DNA of 63,996 nt, counting the filler, from Porpidia crustulata (lineage: Eukaryota), in the NCBI GenBank assembly GCA_964255105.1. It is 16 parts of 16 records of this genome, joined end to end, with 100 filler letters (N's around TTAATTAATTAA, not from the genome) between each part and the next. Parts side by side here need not be neighbours in the genome. Positions count along the whole stretch, not along the records: positions 48,529 to 52,432 come from CAXUWE010002200.1; positions 52,533 to 56,430 come from CAXUWE010002201.1; positions 56,531 to 60,425 come from CAXUWE010002202.1; positions 60,526 to 63,996 come from CAXUWE010002303.1; 12 more parts are not named here. The stretch is one strand, 5' to 3'. Below the pieces are notes generated by a model that worked only from the letters and a program-made list of their open reading frames with translations, did no database searches and was not told where the DNA came from. This document shows positions 49,514 through 62,908 of this stretch, in pieces (the first letter of the stretch is position 1; each line of letters begins with the position of its first letter). The translations under genes were made by a program, and so were the position numbers.

Positions 49514-49903
49514 TCTGGCTTTTTTCTCCTGTTCAAGTCTGGCTCTATGAGCTTGCGTAAGATAGGCTTGAGTCTTAGGACTGACGAGCTTGTATATGGG
49601 AGGATTGCGAGAAGGAGAATTGTCTTGATTGTTATTTTCCGCCATGGCTCGACTGCTTATCGTAGTGTGTGTGATTGTGGGGTTGGCGTAGTCTGTTTTG
49701 GGAGATGGCGTATCTCGCTAATGCAGGTCTATCGGGTAACTGAGTCTAGTTTCCACTAGCGGTATTAGAACGTACGGTGGGCCAGTGTGAGCTTAAGTGC
49801 AGTATCAGACGGGACAGAAATCAATATTGACTGTCTCAACGGACATTTTCTATATGTCAATCCGTTGATTCTTTGGGAATTAGCCTGGTTTTGAGGTGTC
49901 ACT

Positions 49904-52432
49904 ATGTTTCTCTATCGTGATGTTTCTTTTTTACTCTCTCTTCTTACTGCCTTCTCTTTCATTGCTCCTATAGGTAAGCCAGGAGTTCTGCCCTGATCCG
50001 TATTTATACCATTCGAGATATGAGTAGCTGGTGATACTGACTATTGGCTTCCTCTAGTCACGGTGAAACATGAGAATTTTAAGACGTGTGACCAGTCTGG
50101 ATTTTGCAAAAGGAATCGAGCATACGCCGACGAAGCGACTTCCAAAAGCTCTGCTTGGATATCTCCTTACACACTTGACCCTAGTACAGTATCCGTGAAA
50201 CAAGGTCAATTGCAGGGTATTGTATCGAAGTCTGTCGGGGATGGAGCTGGAATTGTACGGCTACCTCTCACTATCACCTTCTTGGATTCAGGGGTCGCGA
50301 GGGTGACAGTAGACGAGGAAAAGCGACAGAAAGGGGAGATTGATATTCGACATGGGAGTGTGGCACGTAAAGAGCGGTATAACGAGGTATCGAAGTGGGC
50401 CTTGGTGGGTGGGTTGAGCCCGAACCAAGGTATAAAAGGAAGTTTAGAAGAAGATGCTACAACAGTAGCATACGGGCCCGACAACACTTTCAAAGCCGTT
50501 GTACATCACTTTCCATTTGCAATCGACTTCTACCGGGGTGACCAGATTCATGTCAAGCTCAACGGAAAAGGTCTTTTGAATTACGAGCACTGGAGACCGA
50601 AGATCGAGAAGGAAACCAAAGAAGGAGAAGAGGCAGAGCAGGTAACCTCCGATGATGTAGAGGATGAAAGTACTTGGTGGGAGGAGACCTTCGGTGGAAA
50701 CACAGACTCTAAGCCAAAGGGACCCGAGAGCGTAGGCATTGATATCACCTTTCCAAATTATGAACATGTCTTTGGTATTCCAGGGCACGCTGGACCGCTG
50801 TCGTTGAAACAAACTCGGTATGTTCCATTGCCTACCTTCCTAGTCATCCGGCGTCGATTTATTGATAGTATTTAGTGGTGGCTCTGACCATTACGATCAA
50901 CCATACCGACTGTATAACAGCGATGTTTTCGAATATGAAATGAATAGCCCCATGTCGTTATATGGAGCCATTCCATTCATGCAAGCTCACCGCAAAGACT
51001 CTACTGTTGGAGTCTTTTGGCTTAATGCCGCCGAGACGTGGGTTGATATAGTCAAATCGAAGCATTCGACGAATCCATTAAGTCTCGGCATTGGAGCCAA
51101 GACGGATACTGAAACCCATTGGTTCTCGGAGAGCGGGTTATTGGATGTCTTTGTCTTCCTAGGCCCAACACCGAAGGATGTGATTCAAGATTACAGCGCT
51201 CTGACTGGCTATACCGCGCTACCTCAGCAGTTCTCGATAGCGTATCACCAGTGCCGATGGAATTACGTGTCAGATGAAGATGTGAAAGATGTTGACAGGA
51301 AGTTTGACAAGTACAAGATTCCCTACGATATCATCTGGCTCGACATTGAGTACACCGATGGAAAGAAATACTTCACCTGGGACTCTCATACTTTCCCCGA
51401 TCCAACCGCTATGCAAAAGCAGCTACAAGATCACGAGAGAAAGCTGGTTGTAATCATTGATCCTCATATCAAGAATGAAGGAGGCTACTCGGTAGTTGAT
51501 GAGATGAAATCTAAAAATCTTGCTGTCAAAAACAAAGATAACAACATTTATGAAGGCTGGTGCTGGCCTGGATCTTCCCACTGGATCGACTGCTTCAACC
51601 CGTCCGCCATCTCGTGGTGGCAATCTCTCTTCACCTACTCCTCCTTCACAGGCACCGCCCCCAATACGTTCATATGGAACGACATGAACGAACCCTCAAT
51701 CTTCAACGGACCAGAAACCACTATGCCAAAAGATAACCTACATTACGACAATTGGGAGCATCGGGATGTCCATAATTTGAACGGTCTCACCTTTGTGAAC
51801 GCCACATATCAGGCTCTGCTGCATCGTGACCCTACCTTGCCTAAACGCCCCTTCGTCCTCACCCGGTCGTTCTTTGCCGGCTCCCAACGGATGGGTGCTA
51901 TGTGGACTGGCGATAATCAAGCCTCTTGGGACCATCTCGCCGCATCCATCCCCATGATTCTCTCTCAAAACATCGCCGGCTTTCCCTTTGCCGGCGCCGA
52001 TGTCGGTGGCTTCTTCGGCAACCCCTCCAAAGAACTCCTAACTCGCTGGATCCAGGCCGGAGCGTTCTATCCATTCTTCCGTGGGCATGCTCATATCGAC
52101 ACCCGCCGCCGCGAACCCTACTTGGCAGGCGAGCCCTACACTCCCATCATCACGCAAGCGCTACGCCTTCGCTATAGTCTCCTCCCAGCATGGTACACCG
52201 CCTTTCACGAAGCTTCCACCACCGGCGCTCCCATTATCCGCCCCCACTACTACGTCCACCCCTCCGACGACCAAGCCTTTGCCCTCGACGACCAATTCTA
52301 CCTCGGATCCACTGGGCTCCTTGCAAAACCCGTCGTCACCGAAGGCGCTGAAACCGTCGACATCTACCTCCCCGCCGCAGAAACCTACTACGATTATTCC
52401 GATTACACCGCTTACACCGGCGCCGGCAAAAC
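49904..52432 (+). CDS. ROT2: ER glucosidase II alpha subunit (GH31), spliced, 3' truncated
   Basis: Signal exon, VKHENFKTCDQSGFCKRNR, YHQCRWNY, WLDIEY, WNDMNEPS nucleophile motif, WTGDN, GADVGGFF, FFRGHAH. Confidence 0.95.
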
Positions 52433-52934
52433 NNNNNNNNNNNNNNNNNNNNNNNNNNNNNNNNNNNNNNNNNNNNTTAATTAATTAANNNNNNNNNNNN
52501 NNNNNNNNNNNNNNNNNNNNNNNNNNNNNNNNGATGAGATGTGGGGAGGGAAGGTGGGGGAGGTGGAAGCAAGGTTTGGTGGTAGGATAATGAGAAGCGA
52601 TGCTGGAAGATTTCTACTTCTAGAAATCCGAATTATATTGGAAGCAAAGTGGAGTCACCAAGGTTGCGAAGGCTTCTAAAAAATGGTACATGTACAAGAA
52701 GTTTATTTTTGGGATCTGGATTGGAGCTTTTGCAAGCCAAAGAAAAATACTTAGATACAGATGAGGAAATGTAGAATCAAAGGAAACAGAGCAGAAAAAG
52801 TATCCAAGTTTCTCGTAGATAATCGTGTCCTCCAACCCAAAAACGGTTATCCAAAAAGAAGTGAAAATGTCCTGAACGCCTTCATGACAAAAGGAATCAA
52901 GAGCGAGCGGTTACGTCTGAAAATCGGTAGAATC

Positions 52935-53780
52935 TCATAGCGCGGTGCGGATCTCGTCTCCGAGCGCGGTCAAGCCGGGCGCAACGTTGCACACGTCCGC
53001 GGGTTGCGGCAGTGCAAGCGGGTACTCGCCATCGCCCTGAACAACATCTGGGCCTGGGTTGGGGTATTTGACCTCAGCGGAACCACGCGTGGTGGTGCAT
53101 CCGTTGCCAATATCCGCGAGGAGGAAAGCAGGGCGCGACATGTAGGGTACGGTAGCAGGAGCGGCAGCGCGGTCTTGCAGAGCTTTGCTGTAGCGGAGGC
53201 TATTCCTAGCGGTGAAGTTGCCACCGTGCGGAGTTTGAGCCTCGGCGGCGGTGGTGGCAGGTTTGCCGGAGCCCGCGGTGATGGAGACGGAGGCGCAGTT
53301 CATGTTGAATTCCTGCTCACGGTTGAACCAGGTCCAGCCGAAGACGACGTCGCCAGTGGGCATGTCGGCGGGGATATTGAAGTCGAAATTCTGCAACACG
53401 GTGTTCTGGCCTCCGTTACGGTGAGGGCAGTTTCCCTCCCATGAGGTGGTGACTTGCCATGTCTGACCCTTGTCGACAGAGAACCCGACTTGGCAGGATC
53501 CGCCGTAGTGGTCGCCGATGCCGGAAAGGTTGAAGTTTTGTTTGCTGCCGGCTGCCCAAGAGGCGACAGGGGCGCCCTGGGGGGTGCCGAGCTGCTTGAG
53601 GTAGCCACGGCAGTACGACGGGTTCTTTCGGCCACAGCAGTTGTAGGGGAACTGTAGGCGCTCATCAGCGGGATCGGTGCGGTGGGGGTTGTTGATCGCG
53701 CCGAAGGGAGGGGGGTAGACAATCTGCATGTGGGCTAGCGCTGAGGTGGCAAAGATCAGGGTTGAAAGAGCGAAATGCAT
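52935..53780 (-). CDS. Secreted AA11-like lytic polysaccharide monooxygenase
   Basis: Signal peptide followed by His1 (ALA|HMQ), HYGGSCQ, WTWFNREQEFNMNCA, C-terminal C..VKYPNPG. Intronless. Confidence 0.82.
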   Translation of the reverse strand: MHFALSTLIFATSALAHMQIVYPPPFGAINNPHRTDPADERLQFPYNCCGRKNPSYCRGYLKQLGTPQGAPVASWAAGSKQNFNLSGIGDHYGGSCQVGFSVDKGQTWQVTTSWEGNCPHRNGGQNTVLQNFDFNIPADMPTGDVVFGWTWFNREQEFNMNCASVSITAGSGKPATTAAEAQTPHGGNFTARNSLRYSKALQDRAAAPATVPYMSRPAFLLADIGNGCTTTRGSAEVKYPNPGPDVVQGDGEYPLALPQPADVCNVAPGLTALGDEIRTAL

Positions 53781-54463
53781 GGTTGATTTTGTTTTTTTGT
53801 TTTTTCGTGGTTTTGGTAGCGTTGAGCTCGTGCTTTGGTAGTTGAGTAAAGATTGTGGTGATGAGGATGGACCAGAACCGGCTGGACTCAGAGTATTTGT
53901 AGAAGATATGACTCGTGCCTACGCAGTGAAAGACGGTGGAAATTAGAGAAAGAAAGAAGAAGAGGATGATGATAAGAAGAGTCGAGGCTTATGGAACAAG
54001 AACATGTTCATTGTCAAGAGGTTGACAATAGCTCGTTGTTACAATCGTACTATCCGAGTCCACGTCAATAGCGACCAGTCAGCCTCAATAGCACATGATT
54101 GGTGAAACAGTACCGTCAGAAGACCTGTTCCGTGAGAGTCTTTGTCGTGAAAGACGGGGCTGGAAAGAGGCGTGAGTCGAGTACAGAACAACGATAGAAA
54201 TCCATTGCTGAATCACGACAAAGACAATAGATAGGTTGTAATTCTTCACATCATGTCTCAGGTCTTTGCTTGGATCGGTTGTGTTCTATTGAGAAGCAAC
54301 AGAAGAGTGAGTGGGAGAGTCTGGGAGGTCGTTGGAAGGTTCAGCGCGTAGCACGCGCGTTCGCCAGCAACATGCGACCACTAGAGTGAATATCTAATCT
54401 GATTGGCTTAGACGGGGCTGATGTGAAGCATCATGATCCCTGTCGCTGCGGGGTTTGGTAACT

Positions 54464-54473
54464 CCGATAACGG
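54464..54473. promoter_or_regulatory. Leu3/LeuB-type binding site (CCG-N4-CGG)
   Basis: CCGATAACGG 100 bp upstream of the LEU2 ATG, matching the known Leu3/LeuB consensus. Confidence 0.65.
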
Positions 54474-54573
54474 TCTAGAATCGCCCCACCATCAAGGTTA
54501 TTGATTGCGAGGAAGGAAGATTTCTTTGTTCACCAAGCCAGAAACTCTGAAGGCTTATCTTTGTCCTCCCACT

Positions 54574-55894
54574 ATGCCCAGCCACACGATAGTAGTCTTC
54601 GCTGGAGACCATTGCGGTCCAGAGGTGAGATGTGGAAATACCTAAGTGGTTTATGTCACACAACTGAAATTGACCTAAGCATAGGTCACCGCAGAAGCTC
54701 TCAAGGTATTGGGATACGATTCGAAAGAAACCAAAACATGTGGAATTGACTCATTCGATACCAGATATTGAAAGTCGTGGAGAAACATAGACCCGACATC
54801 AAATTCGACCTCCAAGAGCACCTACTGGGCGGCGTGAGTATGCGGCCTCACCGCCAAACCACCGCTCCATAAGTTGACAGGTATACAGGCCTCAATAGAT
54901 GCCACCGGATCGCCTCTAACAGACGAAGCTCTCACCGCAGCTAAGAACGCCGATGCCGTCATTCTCGGGGCTATCGGAGGCCCGAAATGGGGTACGGGCA
55001 AAGTTCGTCCAGAACAAGGTCTTCTCAAGCTTCGTAAAGAAATGAATACCTTTGGGAATCTCCGCCCTTGTAATTTCGCATCCGATTCCCTTGTCGAGAT
55101 CTCTCCTTTGAAAGCCGAGGTCTGCCGTGGCGTCGACTTTACCATCATCCGTGAGTTGACAGGAGGCATCTACTTTGGGGAACGCAAGGAAGATGATGGC
55201 GACGGCCATGCCTGGGACACCGAGCTTTATTCGCGCCTGGAGATTGAGAGGATCACGAGGCTAGCAGGACATCTTGCACTGCAGTCGGATCCACCAATGC
55301 CAGTGTGGAGCTTGGACAAGGCCAACGTACTGGCGACAAGCAGATTATGGAGAAAGGTGGTGACAGAGATTATGGAGAAGGAATTCCCACAATTGAAAAT
55401 AGGACATCATCTCGTTGACTCGGCGGCCATGTTGATGGTCAAAGATCCGAGGGCCCTGAACGGTATCATCGTCACCAGCAACCTATTCGGTGACATTATC
55501 AGCGACGAGGCAAGTGTCATACCCGGAAGTCTAGGCTTGTTGCCAAGTGCGAGCTTGAGTGGAATACCAGATGGCAAGAGCAGGGTGAATGGGATTTACG
55601 AGCCTATTCATGGTAAATGCCACAAGCAGACAGTGGAATACTATTACTGATTGTGATGCAGGATCGGCGCCAGATATTTCAGGAAAAGCTCTAGTGAACC
55701 CAGTGGCGGCTATGCTATCAGTCGCGATGCTTCTCCAGTATTCCCTAAACCTCCCCAAGGAAGCCAAAGCCGTCGAAGAAGCTGTAAGGATGACGATTGA
55801 CGCTGGCATACGGACAAAGGATATCGGTGGAAGCGCGAGCACCTCTGAAGTCGGAGATGCCGTAACCAAGGAATTAGCCAAAATTCTCTCGTGA
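54574..55894 (+). CDS. LEU2: 3-isopropylmalate dehydrogenase, multi-exon
   Basis: [76 protein letters not shown]. Confidence 0.97.
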
Positions 55895-56081
55895 CACTAA
55901 GATTAGCTGATTCCGGGGTACAATATCAGGAAAAGTTCCACTCACTTTTCACTATGGTATTCATGTCCACAAATCTATGCAGCTATGGTCCTAGCCTTGC
56001 ACACGTCTCATCGTCCCATACCATGGATACCGTGGAGGTATTCCAGTTCAGCACTTGAACCAAAACTCCTCAAAAGCCCCT

Positions 56082-56430
56082 CTACCTCAACTCAGGCTCC
56101 CTCATCCACTCCGGCTCCACATCCCCGATGTATTCTCTTTCCACCCGGCTTGCCCGTCCACTCCCACTGGCATTCGCCCCGATACTCGGCCCCGTGACCC
56201 TCTCATCCCTGGCAAAAATCTTCACCCCGCGCACATGCGTATCCTTGCCATTCTGATGATTCTCCAAGATTCGTATCTGCAACACAAAGCACTTCAGCAC
56301 CCAATACTCGCCATCCGTCACTCCCGTTCTGTAGTCACACCCCCAAGAATCAGTATCACTTTCCCCCAATCAGAAGGGAAAGGGACGCTGAGGGAAAAAC
56401 CCCACCCGCTCAAATCCACCTCCACCCACC
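56082..56430 (-). CDS. APC10: APC/C subunit Apc10/Doc1, C-terminal fragment
   Basis: FVLQIRILENHQNGKDTHVRGVKIFA, with an IR-like C-terminal tail (ELR). Confidence 0.88.
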
Positions 56431-57151
56431 NNNNNNNNNNNNNNNNNNNNNNNNNNNNNNNNNNNNNNNNNNNNTTAATTAATTAANNNNNNNNNNNNNN
56501 NNNNNNNNNNNNNNNNNNNNNNNNNNNNNNACGTGACGAAGTTTATCGAACGACGCGAGAAAGTTCAATGAACTACGCACAGGTTGAATGCACGCAAGTC
56601 CAATTCAGAACCGCTGAAGCGAAACAAAAGACAATCCACAACGTAGACAGGTCTCACAGGACAGTCGAGATGACAGAGACAAGAAGTGACACCGTCGAAA
56701 AATGTGACAGATCAAGAAAAGAAGAAAAGACGGAAAAGAGAAGAGAAGATTTTTATTGAAGAGTTTTCTTCTCGAAGCTAGACAGCGAATGCTCTCATTT
56801 AATTATAAAATGATTAGTTGGTGAAGTATGAATATATCAATCAATCAAGTTCGGGGTTGAGGATTAGGTAGGGTTGGTGTGGTCGTTGTGTTTGAGATGG
56901 GTTTTGAGCACACACTTCCCTGTCTATTTGAGGTCAGGTCCTGGCTAAGGCTGTGCCCTGGGCGAGGAGGATGAGACTAGTATTATGTGTGATGTATTAG
57001 ATATGAGAGCTTGGGACACTAGATTCGAGATCCAAGCCATTCTTTTTGGATTGCTATCCTGGATTGTATCGAAACTTCAGTTCATTGCAAGCCACTGGCT
57101 AGAAATCCATGGTTAGAGCGCATATTTAATTTCTTAGATTACCACAATCCC

Positions 57152-58746
57152 CTATTTCGCCATCAGGGCCTTTGCTGCCTCGATTTCCTCATCAGTAGGC
57201 ATATTCACAATCATCAAGTAATGAACATCCTAGGCCCTCCATGTTAGTCATGCTCTTCCCGTTACCAAAAACCCAGCACATTCTCCACTTACCTGCTGCA
57301 GGAATCTCCTCACTACACCTGGCTTCTTCTCTCTGCGAGGTCTCCTCCCTCGCTGCTCGCGACGCTGTCTCCGCCGTTCCTTACCGCCTGCCAACGCACC
57401 ACCTGTTACAAGCGATACAAGAGAACCGCTGGAAGCTGGGTGGTTTGGATCACTGTAGCGGGACGCGAAGCCTTTTTCCGGGGGTGGGACAGCGAGGGTG
57501 GATGTTGGGTTATCCTTGGCCTATGTTTATTAGTTGCTGTTTTCTGGGTTCGCAGGTATTGTGAGAGACTAGGGGAAGCGTACATAGCTAGCCTGGGCTC
57601 GTCGATCAAGGTAATCCGCAACAAATTTCGAGCTAGTCTTTAATTGTGACGGTTTCTTACCATCTTGGTCCTTAGACATAGCGATATTATCCAATGCCGG
57701 AAAGATGAGCGGCGCGGACTCAGGCATCTCCAACTCTCCATACGTCTTCCCACTTGAAATCTTCAAGCCTTTGAGCTGTTGACGGAGTTTTGAATCTGCC
57801 GGTGTAATTGATTTGGCGATGGCCTTGGAAATGTCGACTTGCTCGTGGCTAGCTTTCTGCTCCGGCTTGTAGCTCATAATAAGACAGTACAGGCCATGGG
57901 GCCGGAAAAGTTTGTCGTTTATTTGATCTAGGAATGAATTTGTCCTTTTGACGTATTTTGTTACCATCTGTGAAAGTAAGAAGGGTTTGTGGGAAAATAT
58001 AATTACCTCTGCAAGACCTGCACTGCCTTTGCTACGCCCACAGCTACTTGCACGACCGCTGCGGTGACCTGTGCGGCGACCTCCGGCACAAAACCTACGC
58101 CAATGGCCGCGATGTTTATCACGGTATAGATAGGTGACGCCTAAAGGACGTCCGTAAATAACTAAGATTTCAAGCAAGCCAGAGCAGACGCATCAAGATT
58201 TACCTTGCTCGCCTTATGAAAAGACTTCAAAAAATCCAAGAACGTAGCTTGATCGATGCCACAATCCATCAGCACTGGAGCATAGGCACGGACAAAGCCA
58301 CGACTCTTGTCCTTTGGCCTTCGCTGAGGGAGAATAACAGGACAAGGTAAGCGGCCTTTGAGCGGAGAGTATGCTGGCGGATGTTCCTCGATAAAGGACT
58401 GCACAATCTCTCCAACACTGGCCTGTCGCTCGCCAGAGACGTCCTCAGAGTCGCCATAGCCTTCTCCAGCCTCGTCAAGTTCCCAGTCTTCCTCATCAGC
58501 TTCGCCAGAGTCTGAGTCTGAGCCCTCGTCTTCGGAACGATCGGTCTTATGGTCCACCGGAACAGCTTGACCTTTTGCTATAAGCTCATCGGCTCGTTGA
58601 TCTGGCAAATCACAGTATCGAGGCGGGTCGTCTCCAACCGTGCTACGACTGCCCGATGCGCCGGATGGTGATGGTGATCTTCGAACTGCGATTGCTTCTG
58701 CCGCGAGGCCAATGCCTGAACCAATGAGTTTGACGAGTTTGCCCAT
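57152..58746 (-). CDS. Conserved fungal hypothetical protein, multi-exon
   Basis: MGKLVKLIGSGIGLAAEAI, LPCPVILPQRRP..KSRGFVRAYAPVL..CGIDQATFLDFL, NSFLDQINDKLFRPHGLYCL, DYLDRRAQA, last exon DVHYLMIVNMPT. Confidence 0.82.
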
Positions 58747-60668
58747 GGTAGTGAAGGATATCACACTTGTGAAACAATCACTCTTCTTATTGATATTTGT
58801 AGATGAAGGCGCTGGAAGTCAATATATAGAGTGGATTAGCAAATAGCAAAGTGCATTCGCGTTTTATATAGAAGGGAGCCTTGAGGATGTATCATCGCTA
58901 GAATCAGCAGAATCTTTTTTGCAGTTGGGTTCTATTTATGTCTGTATACATGCTATCTACATTTTGGTACTTAGGCTTGTGTCGGGATGTGGGTGATATC
59001 GCTGTAGGCTGCTGACTCCTACTCACTTACTCCACATCGATCGCGATGGGCACCGGATTGGGACTAGTGTCGTCGGCCCATATTGCACTCAGAATTATGA
59101 GAACAAAGATACTGGACGAGGAGAATCTTGAGAAATCCTCTTGACCATCCCCGACATATCTAAGTTCTAAAGCTACTAAAGAAATTAAGATTTAACTATT
59201 CTAACCATCCTTGAAGCTTTTTCTAGGTTCTTTTAAGCGTAAGCCAATTCCTTAATGAACCACTCGCAACAACTTCCATATACGCAACACTTCACCCATA
59301 CCCAAGTGCACAAGGTAATTTCATTACGACTTGCAATCAAACATACATGAATCAAACGTTTTCGCTTAAGCCGTTAGGTCCTCTAGAGCTGGAGCATTCT
59401 CCACTTTGCCAGCCACCATATAGGTTTGTGGAGTAAGGGTTCCCAACTTCATTCGGTCTCCGACCTCTTCTATCAAAGAACTCCATGTGGGTGCGCTCGC
59501 GGGTTGTGGCAACGAAAAGTGGCATAGCCTGGGGTGAATCTGGATACCAATTTCCTTGGTCTTGTTACCCTAACTAACGACCATGGTTGAAGTCGCCAGT
59601 ATATTTCCCGGTCCAAGCAATATTTACTGGATGAGAACAACACAAATCATTAATAGCAAAACTTGGAAATTGGTATCAACAGTCTATGGCATCCATTATC
59701 ACTTTCTTCGCGTACTTCTTGACCTCTGTAACGTTAAAATACGACGGCTCGTTTTTTCAACATGGATATGATAACGCTTTTCCGAACTATGAAGAATAGT
59801 CGAGAGTCATGAGCAATAGGATGAAATAAACAACGTGCAAGACCGAGACAGAAGGTAGTGCTTGAAATTCTCGCGAAACCAGGCTCAGGTTTAGTCTGAG
59901 GACACGCATGTGTCTTTCACATGACAAGGCTTGTCGTGGGGCTTGAATGAAGGATACAAATCTTCCCAAACACAGTCCAAGCCACCAAGGACTCCATTAA
60001 ATTTACATCGAGTGCTATCAGACTCGGATGTTGCTGTTCTGGCAAAATCCCGATTGGAATCTGTCGACACAACAATACTCTCTGCAAGCTTCTTTGATAT
60101 TTTCTGGCCGAGTGATACTTTGAAAGTGGGAATTATCCTGTCTGAACAGATTTTCAAGTTGCCATCCGACCACTCGAATGGGAAAATGTTCACCATTACC
60201 ACACAACCATCCACCGATGATATTAGAATCAAGATAAACAGATCCGAAAAACTAAAGTCTTTGATTTTTCGAATATAGCTTCAAGTCCTCGTGATAATGT
60301 GACACATTGATCTTTACATTAATCACCCTCGCAGTCTCCCCATCTACTTACGACTAATTCCATGATCCCCCTATCCGCCACCACTTCCCGTCGTACCGTC
60401 CAAATACTCCTATCCGCCCCTCCACNNNNNNNNNNNNNNNNNNNNNNNNNNNNNNNNNNNNNNNNNNNNTTAATTAATTAANNNNNNNNNNNNNNNNNNN
60501 NNNNNNNNNNNNNNNNNNNNNNNNNGGATGAGCGGTGTCGACCTGAAGAAGAACAACTCTAAGTCGTTCACAGCGATATAGATATAGACTTGCTCAATAT
60601 TCAAGAAGGCGGTTGGTATCTAGACACAGCACGCTGGAACTACGGAGTCGTCTCTCGGTCCATCCACA

Positions 60669-62542
60669 TCACCTATTCATCACACACACCCCCTCCACCG
60701 TCCCATTGACCCGCAACTTATTCCCATACACCGTCCAAAAATGACTGCTGAACGGCGGCATCATCGTGAACTTTTCCTTTGCCTTCTTCGCTTTCTTCTT
60801 TCCAGACACTTTGGCCGTGCGAAGACTTACGGGCAGCGGGCCCTCTTCGGCGGGGGCGTCGGCCAAGAGATCGAATGCGTTCGGGTGAGAAACTGCTGTC
60901 CTGGGGGCGACTCCGGGGCCGGCCTTGGTCTTAATGTTGCCAGGTCCGGCTGTGGAAAGAGTCGCCTTGTCCAGGGCTGCGACCGCAAGGGAGATATCCT
61001 GATTGCCAGAGTCGTCTTCGTCACCTGGCGAAGCGGCGTCAGCATCTTCGGACGCGGTGGTATATTCGTCGTCTTCTGAGGTTGGAAATCCATTTTCATC
61101 GACATAATGGCCTGCCGCCTCGAGCTTAGCTGATAATCGAATCAGCACCTTGGCGGTAAGGAAACTGTCGAATCCGGCTTCATGGGCTCGAGCATCGTTG
61201 GCGTATTTGTCATGTTCAGGATTTGTTTCGATGACGGGCACTGGAAGCCTGGAGAATTCACCGTCAAGATCTTCAAGGGCCGATCTAGATAGCCCAGGGT
61301 TCACGCTATTGTGGGTAGCAAGGTATTTTGTGTCGATGATGGCAGGGAAGAGCTGGTGCATGAGCTCCTGGAACTCTTCCACCCGAGCTGGGAGTGGACC
61401 AAAGAAGCACTTGTAGAAATAAATCAAGTCTAAGAAGACGTTATGGCCCACGAGAATGGTTTGATTTTTCTTGAGCTCGTCCCGAAGTTTGTTGAATTCT
61501 TGCACAACGATCTCCTGCTGACCTTCTACAAAGTATTCCAATGTTTTAGGATCAATCGGTGACAAATCCCCACCCACCATGCCCTCTATTATCCATCGTA
61601 ATCCAATCTGTCGATTGAGCTTCTCTTGGAAGTATCTAGTTCGATCTTCCTGCATAGTATCTTCCCGCTCCTTGTTGAATGCTGTTATCTGGATAAAGCC
61701 AGGTCGACTGTTGGCTACAAGATCAGGGTGTTCGGCACGAACAAGCTGATGCACGAGACGCTTCTGAAAACTGTTGAGTCCCTGGACATTAACGCTTGGC
61801 GCAGAATGGCCGATGGGAGAAATGTTCAAGAAGTCCGGGCGAAGCTATATCTATGTCAGCTATACGTCCGCCCGCATACAACATGTTCTTTATTAACCTC
61901 CGTTTGATTCTTCCAAACATCAATCTCCTCGCGTACCCGGTGTACGAAGTCCAAAGCCTCATGGTCGTCTTTCTTAATCGTTAGATCTGGGATTTTATTC
62001 CTGTTCTGTCGTGCCAAATGCAAGTCGGCGGCAGAAGCTGCCTCTTGTCTTGAGTAGTAAGGTACGCCCTCGAGAAAGGGAGCTTCCATACGAAAATCGT
62101 GCTGCAGAAGAAAGTGAACAGCTCCGCTTTGATATGAGAAAATACGCTCAATGTTCAATCTTTCATCCGGCACGGGATTCAACCAACAGTTGAATGGTGA
62201 GACGCTATAGACACCCCGGTTTCTATCTTCTTCGACACATGTCATCCCAAGCTGCAATACTTGATACACTTCCGCGGCCTTCTTCGTTTCTTCATATCTC
62301 TCTTGCAAAGTAGCCTTACCACCAGCGTGGTGTTTACCACTTTTAGGATTATTGACCTGGTGGCTTGGGATACCCGATAGTTCGAGATCTATAGCAATGA
62401 AGTGTGCATCGGAGACTGCTCGAAGTAAAGAGGGGAGCATAGAATGAAAGTTATTTTTGTTGATGTCCATTCTTCCTGTGCTTCCGTTCAAAATAGAGGA
62501 CGCAAGCTTGGTAATCCTATGTAGCACTTTACTGAATGGCAT
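60669..62542 (-). CDS. CAF1-family (PARN-like) DEDD ribonuclease with R3H motif (2 exons)
   Basis: FIAIDLELSG, QVLQLGMT, NSFQKRLVHQLV, LVGHNVFLDL, IIDTKY, HEAGFDSFLT. Conserved start probably MDIN at 62470. Confidence 0.9.
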
Positions 62543-62908
62543 CGAAAGATAGAATGCTAGCGTTGTAAGAGATGTTTGCGCAAATCACCTGGGTGAGAAG
62601 GAGCTGCCCGTCGCTTGCGGGCATGAATCAGAGAGGTAGAGTTGCGCAGCACGCAAAGCTCGCCGCCGGTATTGTATGCGAGTTGATGATTGTTACGACC
62701 CCGATCATTGAGCCATCTGAACTGTGAAGCCATGGTTGGCAGTAAGCTTGGTAAACATGAGGCCGGTCAGTGGAGATGGCAATAGTCGTACAAACGAAGC
62801 CGCAAAGAGTGCGGAATTTCCCGCAACTGCCTCGGCTCGTTACTCACATTGACATGATTTGTTTGCCCGCGGTGTCGTTGCCATTTTCAAGAAGTCTGTA
62901 TACACACA

